A stretch of 64,000 bases of DNA from Emiliania huxleyi CCMP1516 (lineage: Eukaryota). The position numbers and the translations under genes are program-made. Each line of letters starts with the position of its first letter. Position 1 is the first letter of the stretch. The notes beneath the pieces were generated by a model. It ran no database searches and had not been told where the DNA came from. It saw only the letters and a program-made list of their open reading frames with translations. Positions 11,265 through 25,625 of this stretch are shown here, in pieces. The stretch is from NCBI RefSeq assembly GCF_000372725.1, contig NW_005201421.1, forward strand, positions 1-64,000, in the 5' to 3' direction.

Positions 11265-12001
11265 CTACAGCCGCGGCACCGGCGGTGGCGACGGCGGCGG
11301 CACTGAGGGCGACTCCTCGGGGCAGAGACCGGCGTCGCAGCAGGCTTGCACAAAGGACTCGACCGCGGCCGTGAAGACGTTGGCTCCGATGCCGAGCTTG
11401 TTGTTGGAGAGGAAGTTGAAGGTGATCTGGCCACTGCGTGGGTTGGATGTGGTGTGGTGAGCTTCGCGATAGCACAGTGTCAGGGTCAAGGCGTGTGCGG
11501 ATGGCGTGCCTGTCCGCCGCCGTCGCCGTCACCGCGTCCTCTGCAGCCGTCTCGCAGTCGTTCGATCCAGGCCTCACGGCGCACACGACCTTGGACCACC
11601 AGATGGCGAATACGTTGGTCTCCACGCCGAGCTCGTTGTTGGAGAGGATGTTGATGGCGTGGCGAGCCGTTTGTTCGCAGCTGTTTGCATCACAGCCGCA
11701 CAGCTGTTTGCCAACGATGGAGCGCGCAAAAGGCTCGACGTCACAGCACGCGTCGATGAAGGCGCTGGTCGATATCGTGAAGACGTTTACGCCAACGCCG
11801 ATGCTCTGATGGGATGAGGCCGAAGAGTGGGCGAGGCGTGGCGTGGGGCGACGTGGGCAAGGCGCGCAAGCGGTGGGCGGCGAGGCAGCAGCGCACATTG
11901 CCTGAGCCAAAGGAGAAGCCCTTCTCATCCGGCGCGTTGACGGTCGGAGCGGCCGTGGTGGAGGTTGCGACGAGCGCGAAGAGGATGGCTGCGCGAGACA
12001 T
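11265..12001 (-). CDS. Hypothetical secreted Cys-containing protein with internal repeats, spliced
   Basis: Signal-like MSRAAILFALVATSTTA; repeated SNNxLGxxxNVF..ACCD motif; Pro-rich tail. Confidence 0.5.
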
Positions 12002-12262
12002 GGGTGAATAGAGGGCTTCGGCGTCGTCAGCGTCCAGGGCTCAAGGATGGTCGTCGGTGCAGCCGTGGCGGGTTTTTTCTTTTTCCTTCTTCTTACGAAT
12101 CGCGAGAGGCGTGTCCGGACTTGCCGAGTATCTACCCTTATAAGTCTCTCGTGTCGGCGCCGACGCTCTTTTAACGTAGGACGTCCCACCTGAACACCGC
12201 CCGCCGACGATCGATCAGTCCACAATCGTCGGCCCGCACCCCGCAGCGACCCGCAGCGATGG

Positions 12263-13044
12263 ATGCCGCCCCCCACGGCCCCTACGGCCGACGCGCCGAT
12301 GCACGACCGGCCTCCGTCGGACGGCTCTCCGGCCTCTCCGGCCGCTGCCGCCCGCGCTGCTGCCGATCCGGTCCCCTTCACGCTCCGCACAAGCAACGAC
12401 AACTTTGAGGTCGCCGGCTTTGGCCAGGTGCCCACCACCTGCTTGCCTCCATGTTCACGCTTCGCGCCCCTTCCCCCCCTCTGACGCCGTCGTATGACCG
12501 TAGGTGAGGGGCACGACTACCCGCCTGGAAGGCGCTCTCATCAGCAAGTCACCCAGGCACCAACTCCTGGGCGTTTACGCTTGACTACGAAACCATGCAG
12601 TGGATGCAGCTCGATCAAAACGGCGACGCCAACAGCTGGTCCCTGGGCGAGTTCCTCGCCCAGGATGAGGTGCGAGTCATGATGCTCGACCCAGCGTGCA
12701 CCAAGTCGCTCACATTCCGTGAGTTCGTCAACGGGCGACTGCGATCTCGAACTCCCGACAACTGGACCGGTGCACCAGCCGCGGAGGACGATAGCTCCCT
12801 CGACGACATCCCTTCATCGACGGACGCCTTCACCGCCGCCGGCCCTGGGCCATCCAGCGCGGCCTCCGACGGCCTGCACGTGATCGAGCGGGTACAGAAA
12901 CGGTGGCTGCCCAGCTCACACCCTAATCGATCTGCCTTAGGCACGGAGCCAACGGAGCCATCGCGCATGCCCGCATCGCGTGCGGCTCCGAGGTCTCCCG
13001 CCGAGACCGGCTCGGCGCGGCGCGTGGCCGCACGCCGCCGTTGA
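12263..13044 (+). CDS. Hypothetical protein or pseudogene
   Basis: Protein-like ORFs 12263-12484 and 12595-13044 with a plausible intron; frame continuity unclear. Confidence 0.3.
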
Positions 13045-13502
13045 AAAGGCGAGATAGGACCGAGGGGAGAGCGCCGGCCACATCGAGCGAGCGCTGACGT
13101 GTAAGGTGTCTGTGCTGCTCGGGTGTGTGTGGGATTCTGCCTCCCCCCCATCTGTGCGGCGAGTTGTTTGCGGCGCGATGCCCGATCGTGCGCGATAGCC
13201 TCCCATTGTGCGTAGTGTGTCGGTTGTCGGGGTCGTCCGGAGCGTGTGGCGGCGCCGTTGCATGCAGCGACTGCTCCACGTGCCACGACTGCTTTGACTG
13301 ACGTGACTGACTGTGATGAGACATGAGAGCTGATGGATGATCTCCGACAACCCAAAACCAAAATGCAAATGCGGAGTGGCCCACTTTGGCGTGCAGATCC
13401 TGCGTCTCTCACTGCCCGAACAACAGAGACGGGTACCGCCGCAGGTCCCACACTAGTTCTTCAAATGGAGGGACGTGTCTGTCGGTCCATTCGAAACCAT
13501 CC

Positions 13503-13826
13503 ATGGTGGCGTCTCGGGTCGTGCCGCTCCTTCTGTTGTTCGCGCCCAGCGAGGCGTTTCAGCTTTCGCCGCGGCGCCTTTCCGTCATTCCGACACGCCT
13601 TGCTGCCCTGAGAATGCTCGCGCAGCCGCCGCCCTCAACAACAGACGTGCCGGAGAGACAGGAGGCCGATGCGTTTTGGGAACATCCTGGGCTAGTCCGC
13701 AGCGCATGCGAGGAGATACTTGTTGCTGTCGAGAACAGCTACGGCGTTGTGCCCGGTTGCGTTCCAGTCAAAGGGACAGCACCAACACCAACACCAACAC
13801 CACCGCAGCCGTGGCCTGATGATTGA
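13503..13826 (+). CDS. Small putative plastid-targeted protein
   Basis: MVASRVVPLLLLFAPSEA-FQL resembles a bipartite signal/transit peptide. Confidence 0.45.
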   Translation: MVASRVVPLLLLFAPSEAFQLSPRRLSVIPTRLAALRMLAQPPPSTTDVPERQEADAFWEHPGLVRSACEEILVAVENSYGVVPGCVPVKGTAPTPTPTPPQPWPDD

Positions 13827-13980
13827 CCATGACGCTTTTTCTCGGCTCTATTTGTTGGTGTCGTGTGACGTAAGTACACGCAGACGTAGAGTACACGCAG
13901 ACCTGTATGTGCATACCACGTAATCACAAGCCAAAACAGGAGCAGCAGCTCACGAGCGCGCCCAGGTCACTGCTCTAACC

Positions 13981-17247
<3,267 letters not shown>

Positions 17248-17468
17248 GTTGTACAATAGAGAGCAGCGCGAAGTCCAAAGACGTGCAGAGCGCGGGCACG
17301 CGAGCTTCAGGCGCCAAGCCCCCAAACAACAAAGCCGAACGGCCAAGCAAGAAAACGCGAGCCGCGTACGCTGTGCGGTGGCAAATAAATAAATAAATAC
17401 AACGGACACGCCAAACGAGCGGTGGCAAAGTCAAGTGGGGCGCGGCACTTTGCCGTCTCAGCTGGCCC

Positions 17469-17837
17469 ATGGAGGAGGAGATCCCCGACTACCGGCAGCG
17501 GCTAGCGTACGGCACGGACCAGGGCCGCTGGCTCATGCAGCAGCAGGCGGCAAAGGCAGCGCGCTCGGATGCGGCGGTGCCGGAGCAGTCGGCAGCGCGG
17601 AGGAGAGCGCCTGCCGCACGTGCATACCATTCGATCGAGAGCGACGATGGCGGCCGCTCGACGCCGTCGCGGCCGGCCACGCCCGACCAGCACTCGTCGA
17701 CGGCTCCGCCGACGGCTCTGGTCATTGCGCTCGGCGTCGGCTCCTTTTTTGTGCTGGGCGTTCTGGTGCTGCTCTTGCGTAGCAGCGCAAGTGGGCCGGA
17801 TTCAGAGCCGTGGATGCATGTCGATGCCGTTGCGTGA
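17469..17837 (+). CDS. Hypothetical single-pass membrane protein
   Basis: ATG ORF of 122 aa with hydrophobic ALVIALGVGSFFVLGVLVLLL; divergent from the SLC6 gene. Confidence 0.5.
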   Translation: MEEEIPDYRQRLAYGTDQGRWLMQQQAAKAARSDAAVPEQSAARRRAPAARAYHSIESDDGGRSTPSRPATPDQHSSTAPPTALVIALGVGSFFVLGVLVLLLRSSASGPDSEPWMHVDAVA

Positions 17838-19628
17838 GCAACGCGCGTGTGGCCTTTGTAGTAGTGGTGGGCAGCGATGAAAGGCCGGGCAGCGTCCGTG
17901 CGCAGCACGTGTTACGCGGCTCTGCTTGTAGAGCCGTACCGTGTCTCTCCTATGTTGTATGTAACGTCCTTGCCGCAGAGATCGCTAAGGCTGCGCGCCA
18001 CAGATCGCTGGTCCGCACCGTCAAGCTGGATACCTTCGACTGCCTCTCGACCGTCGACAAACACTGAGCTGAAGGCTCCGACCGCCGCCGCGCCGCCCAC
18101 ATGTGGCACAGCTGGCCGCCCAACATGCAAATATGCGCAATGGTGCAAAAAAAACGCCCGGCCGCCACAACACACAGGTGCCCACAGGGGTCCCCCAGTC
18201 TCACTCGTTACGACTAGCAGTGATAGTGTGTCCCACACGCACGCACGCGAGAGGGAGAGTTTACACATTACAGATGAGCGCTTCCGTAAAGACTATTCGC
18301 GCCGCAGCGGAGCGGAACGAAGCGACCGCCGCCACCGGCGCACGTGCGCCTGAGCCCTGACGTGTGCGCAGCACGCGCAGGCGTCATAGTGAGAGCCGCC
18401 AAGCGCCATCGGCGCACACCCTCACCGGCGCACCCACCCATCTCCGCCGCGCCCCGCGGGGCGCGGCGCACTCACTCGACGAAATAAACTCGCTATTCGG
18501 CGCAAAAAGGCGCGGCGACACACGTAGCCTATAGGCCGCCCGGGACGAGGTAGCCGCCGCGCGCGCCCACGCACCTGCTTGAGTAGTAGAGAAGAAGGAT
18601 ACCAGTCGTAGAAGGTGAGTCGAGGCCCGCTACTCTTGACCGCTACTCTTGACGCCGGCGTGCTCATCTACTTTTTCGCAGCAATGCTGTCGCTCACTGG
18701 ATGACTCACGAGGTCACGTCCTGGTCGTGCTCGTGATCCTGTCCGAGTGAGAACGGAAAAAAATCTTTTTCGAGGTCAACCCGTCATGCGGCAGGTTGCT
18801 CGCTCTGGCTCGCTGCCACCGCGGTGGGTCACCAAGAGCTTCTCCGCGTGCGGCGTCATCACCACGCGACGCGCTCGCCACGCCTCACCCGGGCAAAAGG
18901 AACGATCGCGCGCCGCCGCCGCCCGCCTCGCCTTGCCTCTGCGCCAGCGCCTGCGCCTGCGCCTCGCCTTGCAGCCGCGCACGCGCACACGCGCGCGCTC
19001 GCGTCGCTCGCGTTCGCTACCGCGAAGCAACCCTCCACCCGAGTTTCGATCCGGGAGCCAAAAGCTCCCGGCTCGAACCGCGAACGGTTCGACCACCGCC
19101 GCTGGCGGTACTGCAAAGGCACTCAAGGGCAGTGCCTCATATAACGTGTGAAATAGTGCGAGCGCGCGAGATACTCACCCGACCCACCGTGCCCTCGCGG
19201 AAGAGATCTCGTGCCGCGGCGCGCGCGCTCGCACAAGCCGCCCGAGAGCACTCCCACCCCCGCCGCCCTCGCAAGCTCACAGGTTGATTTGAGGAGAAGC
19301 AGCTGGGGGAGGTCAAAGCGGGAGAAGGCGGCACGGCGGCGGCGGCGCGGCGCCCCCCCAGCCCCACACGCCTCCGGGTCGTGCGTACCGCCTCCGGGCG
19401 AGAGTGTCCCCCCAGCGTCTGCTTGAGAGCAGACGCTCCGGTAACCAGGCCGAGAGTACCAGGGAGGCGAGGGGAGAAGAGCCCAGGGAGGGGAGAAGAG
19501 AAGAGCCCAGGGAGGGGGGAGGAGAAGAGCCCAAGGCGGCCTCCCTCTCCCTCCCCTCCCACCGGGCCTCCCTCTCCCTCTCCTCCCACCGGGCCTCCCT
19601 CTCCCCCTCCTCCCGCCAAGCACCAATG

Positions 19629-19707
19629 CACTATCAAACGAGTAGCCGAATAATGTACCTAAATCTCTAATAATTAGGTACATTATTCGGCTAATAGTTT
19701 GATAGTG
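19629..19707. mobile_element. 79-bp CACTA...TAGTG hairpin mini-element
   Basis: ~34-bp inverted arms (cactatcaaac..tagccgaataatgtacctaa); TG on both flanks. Confidence 0.7.
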
Positions 19708-19915
19708 TGCAGTCTCGAGGGGTCAGCCGCTTGCCGAACCACCTCCGAAGGGGGGGTGGACGTACGCCAGCGGCACGAGGGCCTCAGCCACACAGCTACC
19801 ATGGGAACGCGACCCACCCAAAGTTAGGCATACGCCATACCCCCCGGCGCAGTGTCCCCCGCTATGTGTCGCCGTTCGTCGGGGCACGCTATCCTGTGCA
19901 GTCTCAGGGCAAGTG

Positions 19916-20462
19916 TAGAGGGGAGACAGCGTCCTAATCTAAAATCTGAGGATTCAGGATTGAGGGCTTGCTTCAGTGAGGCCAAAGTGAGTTTATGGAT
20001 GTGTGAGAACGGTACGGGACACGAGGAGTCACGCGGACCGACTCGTCGGCGACTCTGCTGCACGGCGTTTCAGAATTTTTCTCAGCGTGAGCGAGACGTG
20101 GAAGAGTGCCACCGTCGGGTAGGACGGGTCGGCCCGGAGTATCAGAGTAGCCGTCGTGGTCGTGGCGAGCAGCGACGGCCACTCCGGCGCCGCGTCGGCA
20201 ACATGGGAGCATGTCCACCGCCACTTCGCGGTCGCAGCGCTGTTGTCGCCCGAAACGCCGCATATCCCTCTGGCGGGCCAAAGATCGACTCGCATGTCGA
20301 TTTCGACTTGACGGCAGCATGGAGGCATCACGTCTCCATGCGCCCGTCAAGTCGGAGCCAGTCTGCGGCGACCACAGCGCTTGCAGGAACATGCGAGCTT
20401 TTCAGAGTCAAGGATTGCGCGAAATCCCAGACTGGTGGATTTTGGGGCCTGTCTACCCCCTA
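19916..20462 (+). mobile_element. MITE, copy 1 (TIR TAGRGGGKAGACAG; 7-bp TSD GCAAGTG)
   Basis: Imperfect TIRs; GCAAGTG at 19909-19915 and 20463-20469; second copy at 23478-24038. Confidence 0.8.
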
Positions 20463-20931
20463 GCAAGTGGGGGCGGGGCGGACAGCAGCCCCAGGCCTTT
20501 GTTTCCTGGGACCTCTCCGCCCAGTATGGGGGTGCGTCGAACCTTCCATCACCCTCTGTCGGAAGCGGCGTGCCGGTGGAGGCACGTCCGGGTTTTGGAA
20601 GTAAAATATTTTACTTTTTTTGTCCGAGTGAGAACGACAAGACACACAGGAGTGTCACACTGTACGGCTTTACATATAAAAGCAACCCACATGCACGATG
20701 CACATACATACTGTACACCATGGTCTCTTCTCAACACGCCAACAATGCAACAACCCCCGCGAGAAAAGGATCATGCAGCGGGGGAAAGACGAGGGGGCTC
20801 ACGAACCAAGAGGGCACGCATGCAAAAAGACCAAAACATCGAGGGGCTCACACATGACGGGAGCTCTTCCCGCTGCGATGGTCTAAATTGTGGGCAGCCT
20901 TCTCCGTCGTGAGCGGTCGACGACAGCTCGG

Positions 20932-21896
20932 CTAGAAGGCCGCGGCGCCCTCGCCAAACTCGGGCACCTAACACAGAGCGGGAGGGGATCTCACCTGTGA
21001 GGTAGCAGGCTGGCCCGCCGCGCTTGCGCACCCAGTAAGCGCCCCACGTGTCGCCGGTGACCGCCTCCTGAGCCATGAAGCCGGCAGCTGCGAGCATAGC
21101 CAGGCGGCCGTTCTGGAGCTCCTTGGTCTGCATGACTTTGAACTCCTCCGGGTCGGTCGGCTTGAGGCCGAGCGGGTCCCACCTATAGAGGGGGGAGGGC
21201 GACGGCCGATGGATGTGTCGGGGCGAAGGAGGACGACATGGCTGATGAGGCGCTCGTGCCCGATGTCCCCTGGCACGTAGGTGGGCTTCAGCTTCTGGAA
21301 GACGTGGTCGGGCTCGTTGGGGTTGGACCAGCCGACCTGCGGACATACACGCGCGGGGAGGCGTGGGTGCACAGGCTTGGACCGCAGCGCTGCGGAGGCG
21401 GCATGGGAGCAGCCGACCTGAACGCGGTACGCCTCGCAGATGCCGATCCCGAGCGTCATCGCGAACCACATGAACACGGGCAGCTTGGGGATCTGCTCGA
21501 TGGCCGGGCCGCCGTCGCCAGAGAACAGTGGGTGGAACTTCTCCTGGACGAGGAAACCCGCGGCGGCCAGCATGCCCACGCGGCAGTGCGCGAGCTCGGC
21601 CTCGCGCCACGTACGAACCTGGTCGAAGGTGAGGTCGGCGGACAGGTTGAACGGGTCAAACTCCTCGAACGGCGCGATTGAGCCGGGCAGGCCGTAGCAG
21701 AACTCGCCCTTCTTGGCGGCGGCCTCGGCGGCCTTCTCGACCTCGTCGGCCTGCGGCGGAGGTGGGCTGGGCGGCGGCGGCGAGGGCGGCGGACTCGAGG
21801 GCGGTGGAGGCGGGCCTGCTGAAACGACGGCGGCTCCTGCATGACGATGTTGACGGACCGCATCGGTGCGACGAAACGGATCAGCGAGAGGACCAT
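20932..21896 (-). CDS. LHCX: LHCX/LI818 (LHCSR-like) light-harvesting/photoprotection protein, multi-exon
   Basis: [71 protein letters not shown]. Confidence 0.9.
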
Positions 21897-22190
21897 GATG
21901 TCAGATTCGTGGGCAGCGAGTTGAGAGCTATGTCGAAGCCGCAATCGGATGACACGCGAGATTGTGAAGGTGATAGGAAATTCCCTCACAGAAAGAAAAC
22001 TGTTTCGCACTAGCGGGGCGGTGGGCGTGTGCGCGCGGCGCGGTGCGGTGTGTATGTGTGACTGCGACAAGGGACCACGTTTGTATGAAAAAAGAATCAA
22101 CATACAACACGAACGAAGTACGAAGGTGGAAGGAGACACTTGTGATTTTGTGTGAGCTATGTGTCTTGATCTGCTAACAACAAACCCTCT

Positions 22191-23204
22191 CTAGCAACCA
22201 AGCTGTGCGCTCGTGCGCCCCCCGGGCAGCGGAGAAGGGACGCGGAGCCCGAGCCGCTCGACGGTCCGCCGCGCCTCCTCCAGCGAGATTGACTCGACCG
22301 CCGTCCCGCCACGCAGCCGCAACGCCTCCTGCCCGCCTGCCAGCCACGCAACACCCTCGCCGACGTCAGCGCCCTGCTTGTAGGAGCCCGACTCCACGCG
22401 GTCGTTTGCGTACCGGTAGACGCCGCGCCCCTCCTGCTTGCCCGCCTTCCACTCGCCGTCGTAGACATCGCCGTTGGCAAGCCGGTAAATGCCGCGACCC
22501 TCCTTCAAGCTCGACTTCCACTCGCCCTCGTAGACGTCGAAGTGGGCGTATCGGAAGACGCCGCGCCCGTCCTGCTTACCCGCCTTCCACTCGCCGTCGT
22601 AAACGCCGCCATCGGCGTACCGCATGACGCCGCGCCCCTCCCGCTCCCCCGCCTCGTTGTACTCGCCCTCGTAGACGTTGGCGTCGGCGGGCAGCGGGGA
22701 GGGGATGGGGAGCCCGAGCCGCTCGGCGGTCCGCCGCGCCTCCTCCAGCGAGATTGCCTCGACCGGCTCTCCGTCCTGCAGCTGCCAGGCCTTCCGCCCG
22801 TCTGCGAGCCACACGATGCCTTCGCCGACGATTTCATTCTGATGGTAGGAGTTCGAGTCAACGTCGCCGTTGGCAAACCGGAAAATGCCTTGCCCCTCCA
22901 TCATATCCGCCTTCCACTCGCCATCGAAGACGTCCCCGTTGGCGGACCGGTAAACGCCTTGCCCATTTTTCAGGCCCGCCTTCCACTCGCCCTCGTAGGA
23001 GTCGCCGTCAGCGTATCTCATGACGCCGCGGCCCTCGGCCAGACCTGCGTTGTACTCACCCTCGTAGACATCGTCTGCGCCGCATGACACTCTCGAACTT
23101 ATCCGCCTGTGCGCCGCTGGCCCATCTGTAGGCGCCGCGCCCCGGCTCAACCGCCGCATTGCGCTATCCCTCGCGGCGGCGGCTGTACTCGCGGCGCAAC
23201 CCAT
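22191..23204 (-). CDS. MORN-repeat protein with MGC N-terminal acylation motif
   Basis: Multiple YEGEWKAG..EGRGVxRYADGD repeats in two blocks; MGCAAS start. Confidence 0.9.
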   Translation of the reverse strand: MGCAASTAAAARDSAMRRLSRGAAPTDGPAAHRRISSRVSCGADDVYEGEYNAGLAEGRGVMRYADGDSYEGEWKAGLKNGQGVYRSANGDVFDGEWKADMMEGQGIFRFANGDVDSNSYHQNEIVGEGIVWLADGRKAWQLQDGEPVEAISLEEARRTAERLGLPIPSPLPADANVYEGEYNEAGEREGRGVMRYADGGVYDGEWKAGKQDGRGVFRYAHFDVYEGEWKSSLKEGRGIYRLANGDVYDGEWKAGKQEGRGVYRYANDRVESGSYKQGADVGEGVAWLAGGQEALRLRGGTAVESISLEEARRTVERLGLRVPSPLPGGRTSAQLGC

Positions 23205-23477
23205 ATTGTCGAGACGCCTGCGCCGCCCTCGACTACGAGTGGACGTGCTCTGCCGCCTCCGCGTTGTGTTTTCCAGAGAGTGGTGCGACAACGTTTATGC
23301 ACGAGACGCCTGTGTCCCTTGACGTGCTCTGCCGCCTCCGACCGCCGACTTTGAGAGCTGCAAAAAAAAAAACAAATGCGTCACCGCGCGGTGGTGGCCG
23401 CTGGCGCGCGGTTGATCGCGGCGCCAACACTGCGGCAGCGCCATCTCACGCAGCGGGACGCGTCGCGTTAGGCTGAG

Positions 23478-24038
23478 TAGGGGGTAGCCAGCGCCCCAAA
23501 ATCCACCACTCGGCTACCTTTCTCTGGGATTTCGCGCAATCGCTTGACTCTGAAAAGCTCGCATGTTCCTGCAAGCGCTGTGGTCGCCGCAGACTGGCAC
23601 CGACTTGACGGCAGCATGGAGACGTGATGCCTCCATGCTGCCGTCAAGTCGAAATCGACATGCGAGTCGATCTTTGGCCCGCCAGAGGTCATGCGGCGTT
23701 TCGGGCGACAACAGCGCTGCGACCGCGAAGTGGCGGTGGACATGCTCCCATGTTGCCGACGCGGCGCCGGAGTGGCCGTCGCTGCTCGCCGCGACCACGA
23801 CGGCTACTCTGATACTCCGGGCCGACCCGTCCTACCCAACGGTGGCACTCTTCCACGTCTCGCTCACGCTGAGAAAAATTCTGAAACGCCGTGCAGCAGA
23901 GTCGCCGACGAGTCGGTCCGCGTGACTCCTCGTGTCCCGTACCGTTCTCACACATCCATAAACTCACTTTCGCCTCACTGAAGCGATGCCTCAATCCTGA
24001 ATCCTCAGATTTTAGATTAGGACGCTGTCTACCCTCTA
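23478..24038 (-). mobile_element. MITE, copy 2 (inverted relative to copy 1)
   Basis: Near-identical reverse complement of 19916-20462; no TSD evident. Confidence 0.8.
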
Positions 24039-24048
24039 CAGGTGGGGA

Positions 24049-24454
24049 CCCTGTAGCTGTATGTGTCCGTCTCCCACTAAGGCAGTCGAGAAATATTGAA
24101 TATATTGCTGCAATAGTTAGAGGTGCGATCAATATCAATATATATGTCAATAGTTAGAGGGACCAGGGCCTGGATTGGCTAAGGGGGGCTCAATATATTG
24201 ACATTGTTCTATGTCCATCCCGGGCTTGCACATGCCCTAAAATTGCTCAAAATGGACCCAAATCGCTTCAAATTCGCTTGGATCGCTTCAAAATCGCTCG
24301 GAATCCGCGAATAATTTGATTTCAGCCACCATCTAGGCGACTTTTGGGACAAATGTCGCTTTTGGAGGTGAAAATCAGTGATCAATACCTCAATATATCT
24401 TGTCAATAGTTAGAGGGGATGCTGTCAATTATAATCAATATCAATAGTTACAGG
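24049..24454. repeat. AT-rich element with repeated CAATAGTTA(GAGG) motifs; possible TE remnant
   Basis: Motif occurs four times; weak inverted ends ccctgtagct / agttacaggg. Confidence 0.4.
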
Positions 24455-24897
24455 GGCGAGAATGCACTTGGAGCACTTGGAGTGCAGTCATCAGCCTCAC
24501 ATCCAGGGCCGGGGAGCTGAGAAGCGCACCCAATGAATGCAGAATCAATCTTTCTCGACTGCCTTAATCTCCCACCCCTCGTTTGGCGTGTCCGTTTTTT
24601 GTATTTATTCGAGGTTCTCGAGGTGGATATCCTTTGGCCGCGTTGGGTAGCGAGGATTGGTGTGACGATCCACGCAGGCGTGGTTTCTGAGACGGCCCCG
24701 ACCGTCAGTGCACGGAGTTGCCCCTTCTCCGACTGCCCCCCGGCTAGAGAATAGACCAGAGAGGAGGGCGTACGTAACATACGCGCGAGAGAGAACACGC
24801 AGCCGGCGCGGTGAGGTACCAACACCGTCCGATCGCGCTGCCCTCCCTCGCAGCCGCCTCACAGATTGAAATCTCGGCGCTCTCGGTTCGCGAGTGT

Positions 24898-25140
24898 TCA
24901 GGTGCTTCTGCTGCGCTCCTGCCACTCCCGGATCTGCCGCCGCAGCATGTGGTTGGGGAAGACGCCCGTGTTCTCAAGCGCCTTGCCCGTTAGCGGGCTC
25001 GTCGATCTGATCGCGAGCCAGCGCTCGATCGCAATCCGCTCATACGCGTGCCCATCACCCGCCATCACCGGGTCGCGCATGGCCTCCGCCGTGATGGGGC
25101 AGATAAAGTCGGCTGGCGGCTCTAATTCCAGCGCCAGCGC
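24898..25140 (-). pseudogene. U-box domain exon or fragment
   Basis: [54 protein letters not shown]; in-frame TAG (possible acceptor) just upstream. Confidence 0.75.
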
Positions 25141-25625
25141 CTAGCAGCCGCTCTTGCGGCAGCCGCCAGCGGAGGCCGAGCGCGTCGACCGCCAGTCCGC
25201 ACGATGGCACTGCGACCGCGGCGGCTGCTGGCGAGGGCAGCAGCGGCGCGCGCGAGCGGCAGTCCCGATTTGGTGGGGAAAAGAAAGAAAGCCAACACGT
25301 AACCCAAGGGAGGGATGGTGGGGTCTTGTAAGGTGCCTATATGGGCTTCCAGTATCGGACCTTCAAGACATGCGCTTTTGGCCGGTGGCCTCCTCGGACA
25401 TGGTACCTCCGGTGAGATAGTGGCTGCCAGTTCGAGACTGGGGCCGATCGAACTTGAGTTGTTCGGAGGAGGAATCCGGCCAGCACGGGTACAAAGAGGG
25501 GTACCCGGAGAATCCCCAGCTGCGGAAACGTAGTGTCGCTCAAGAGGTGCGATACTGCGGGGGAGTGTAAGGTGCCTATATGGGGTTGTATGGCGGGTGG
25601 CAGTGGATTTCTTCTTCCCGGCGCG

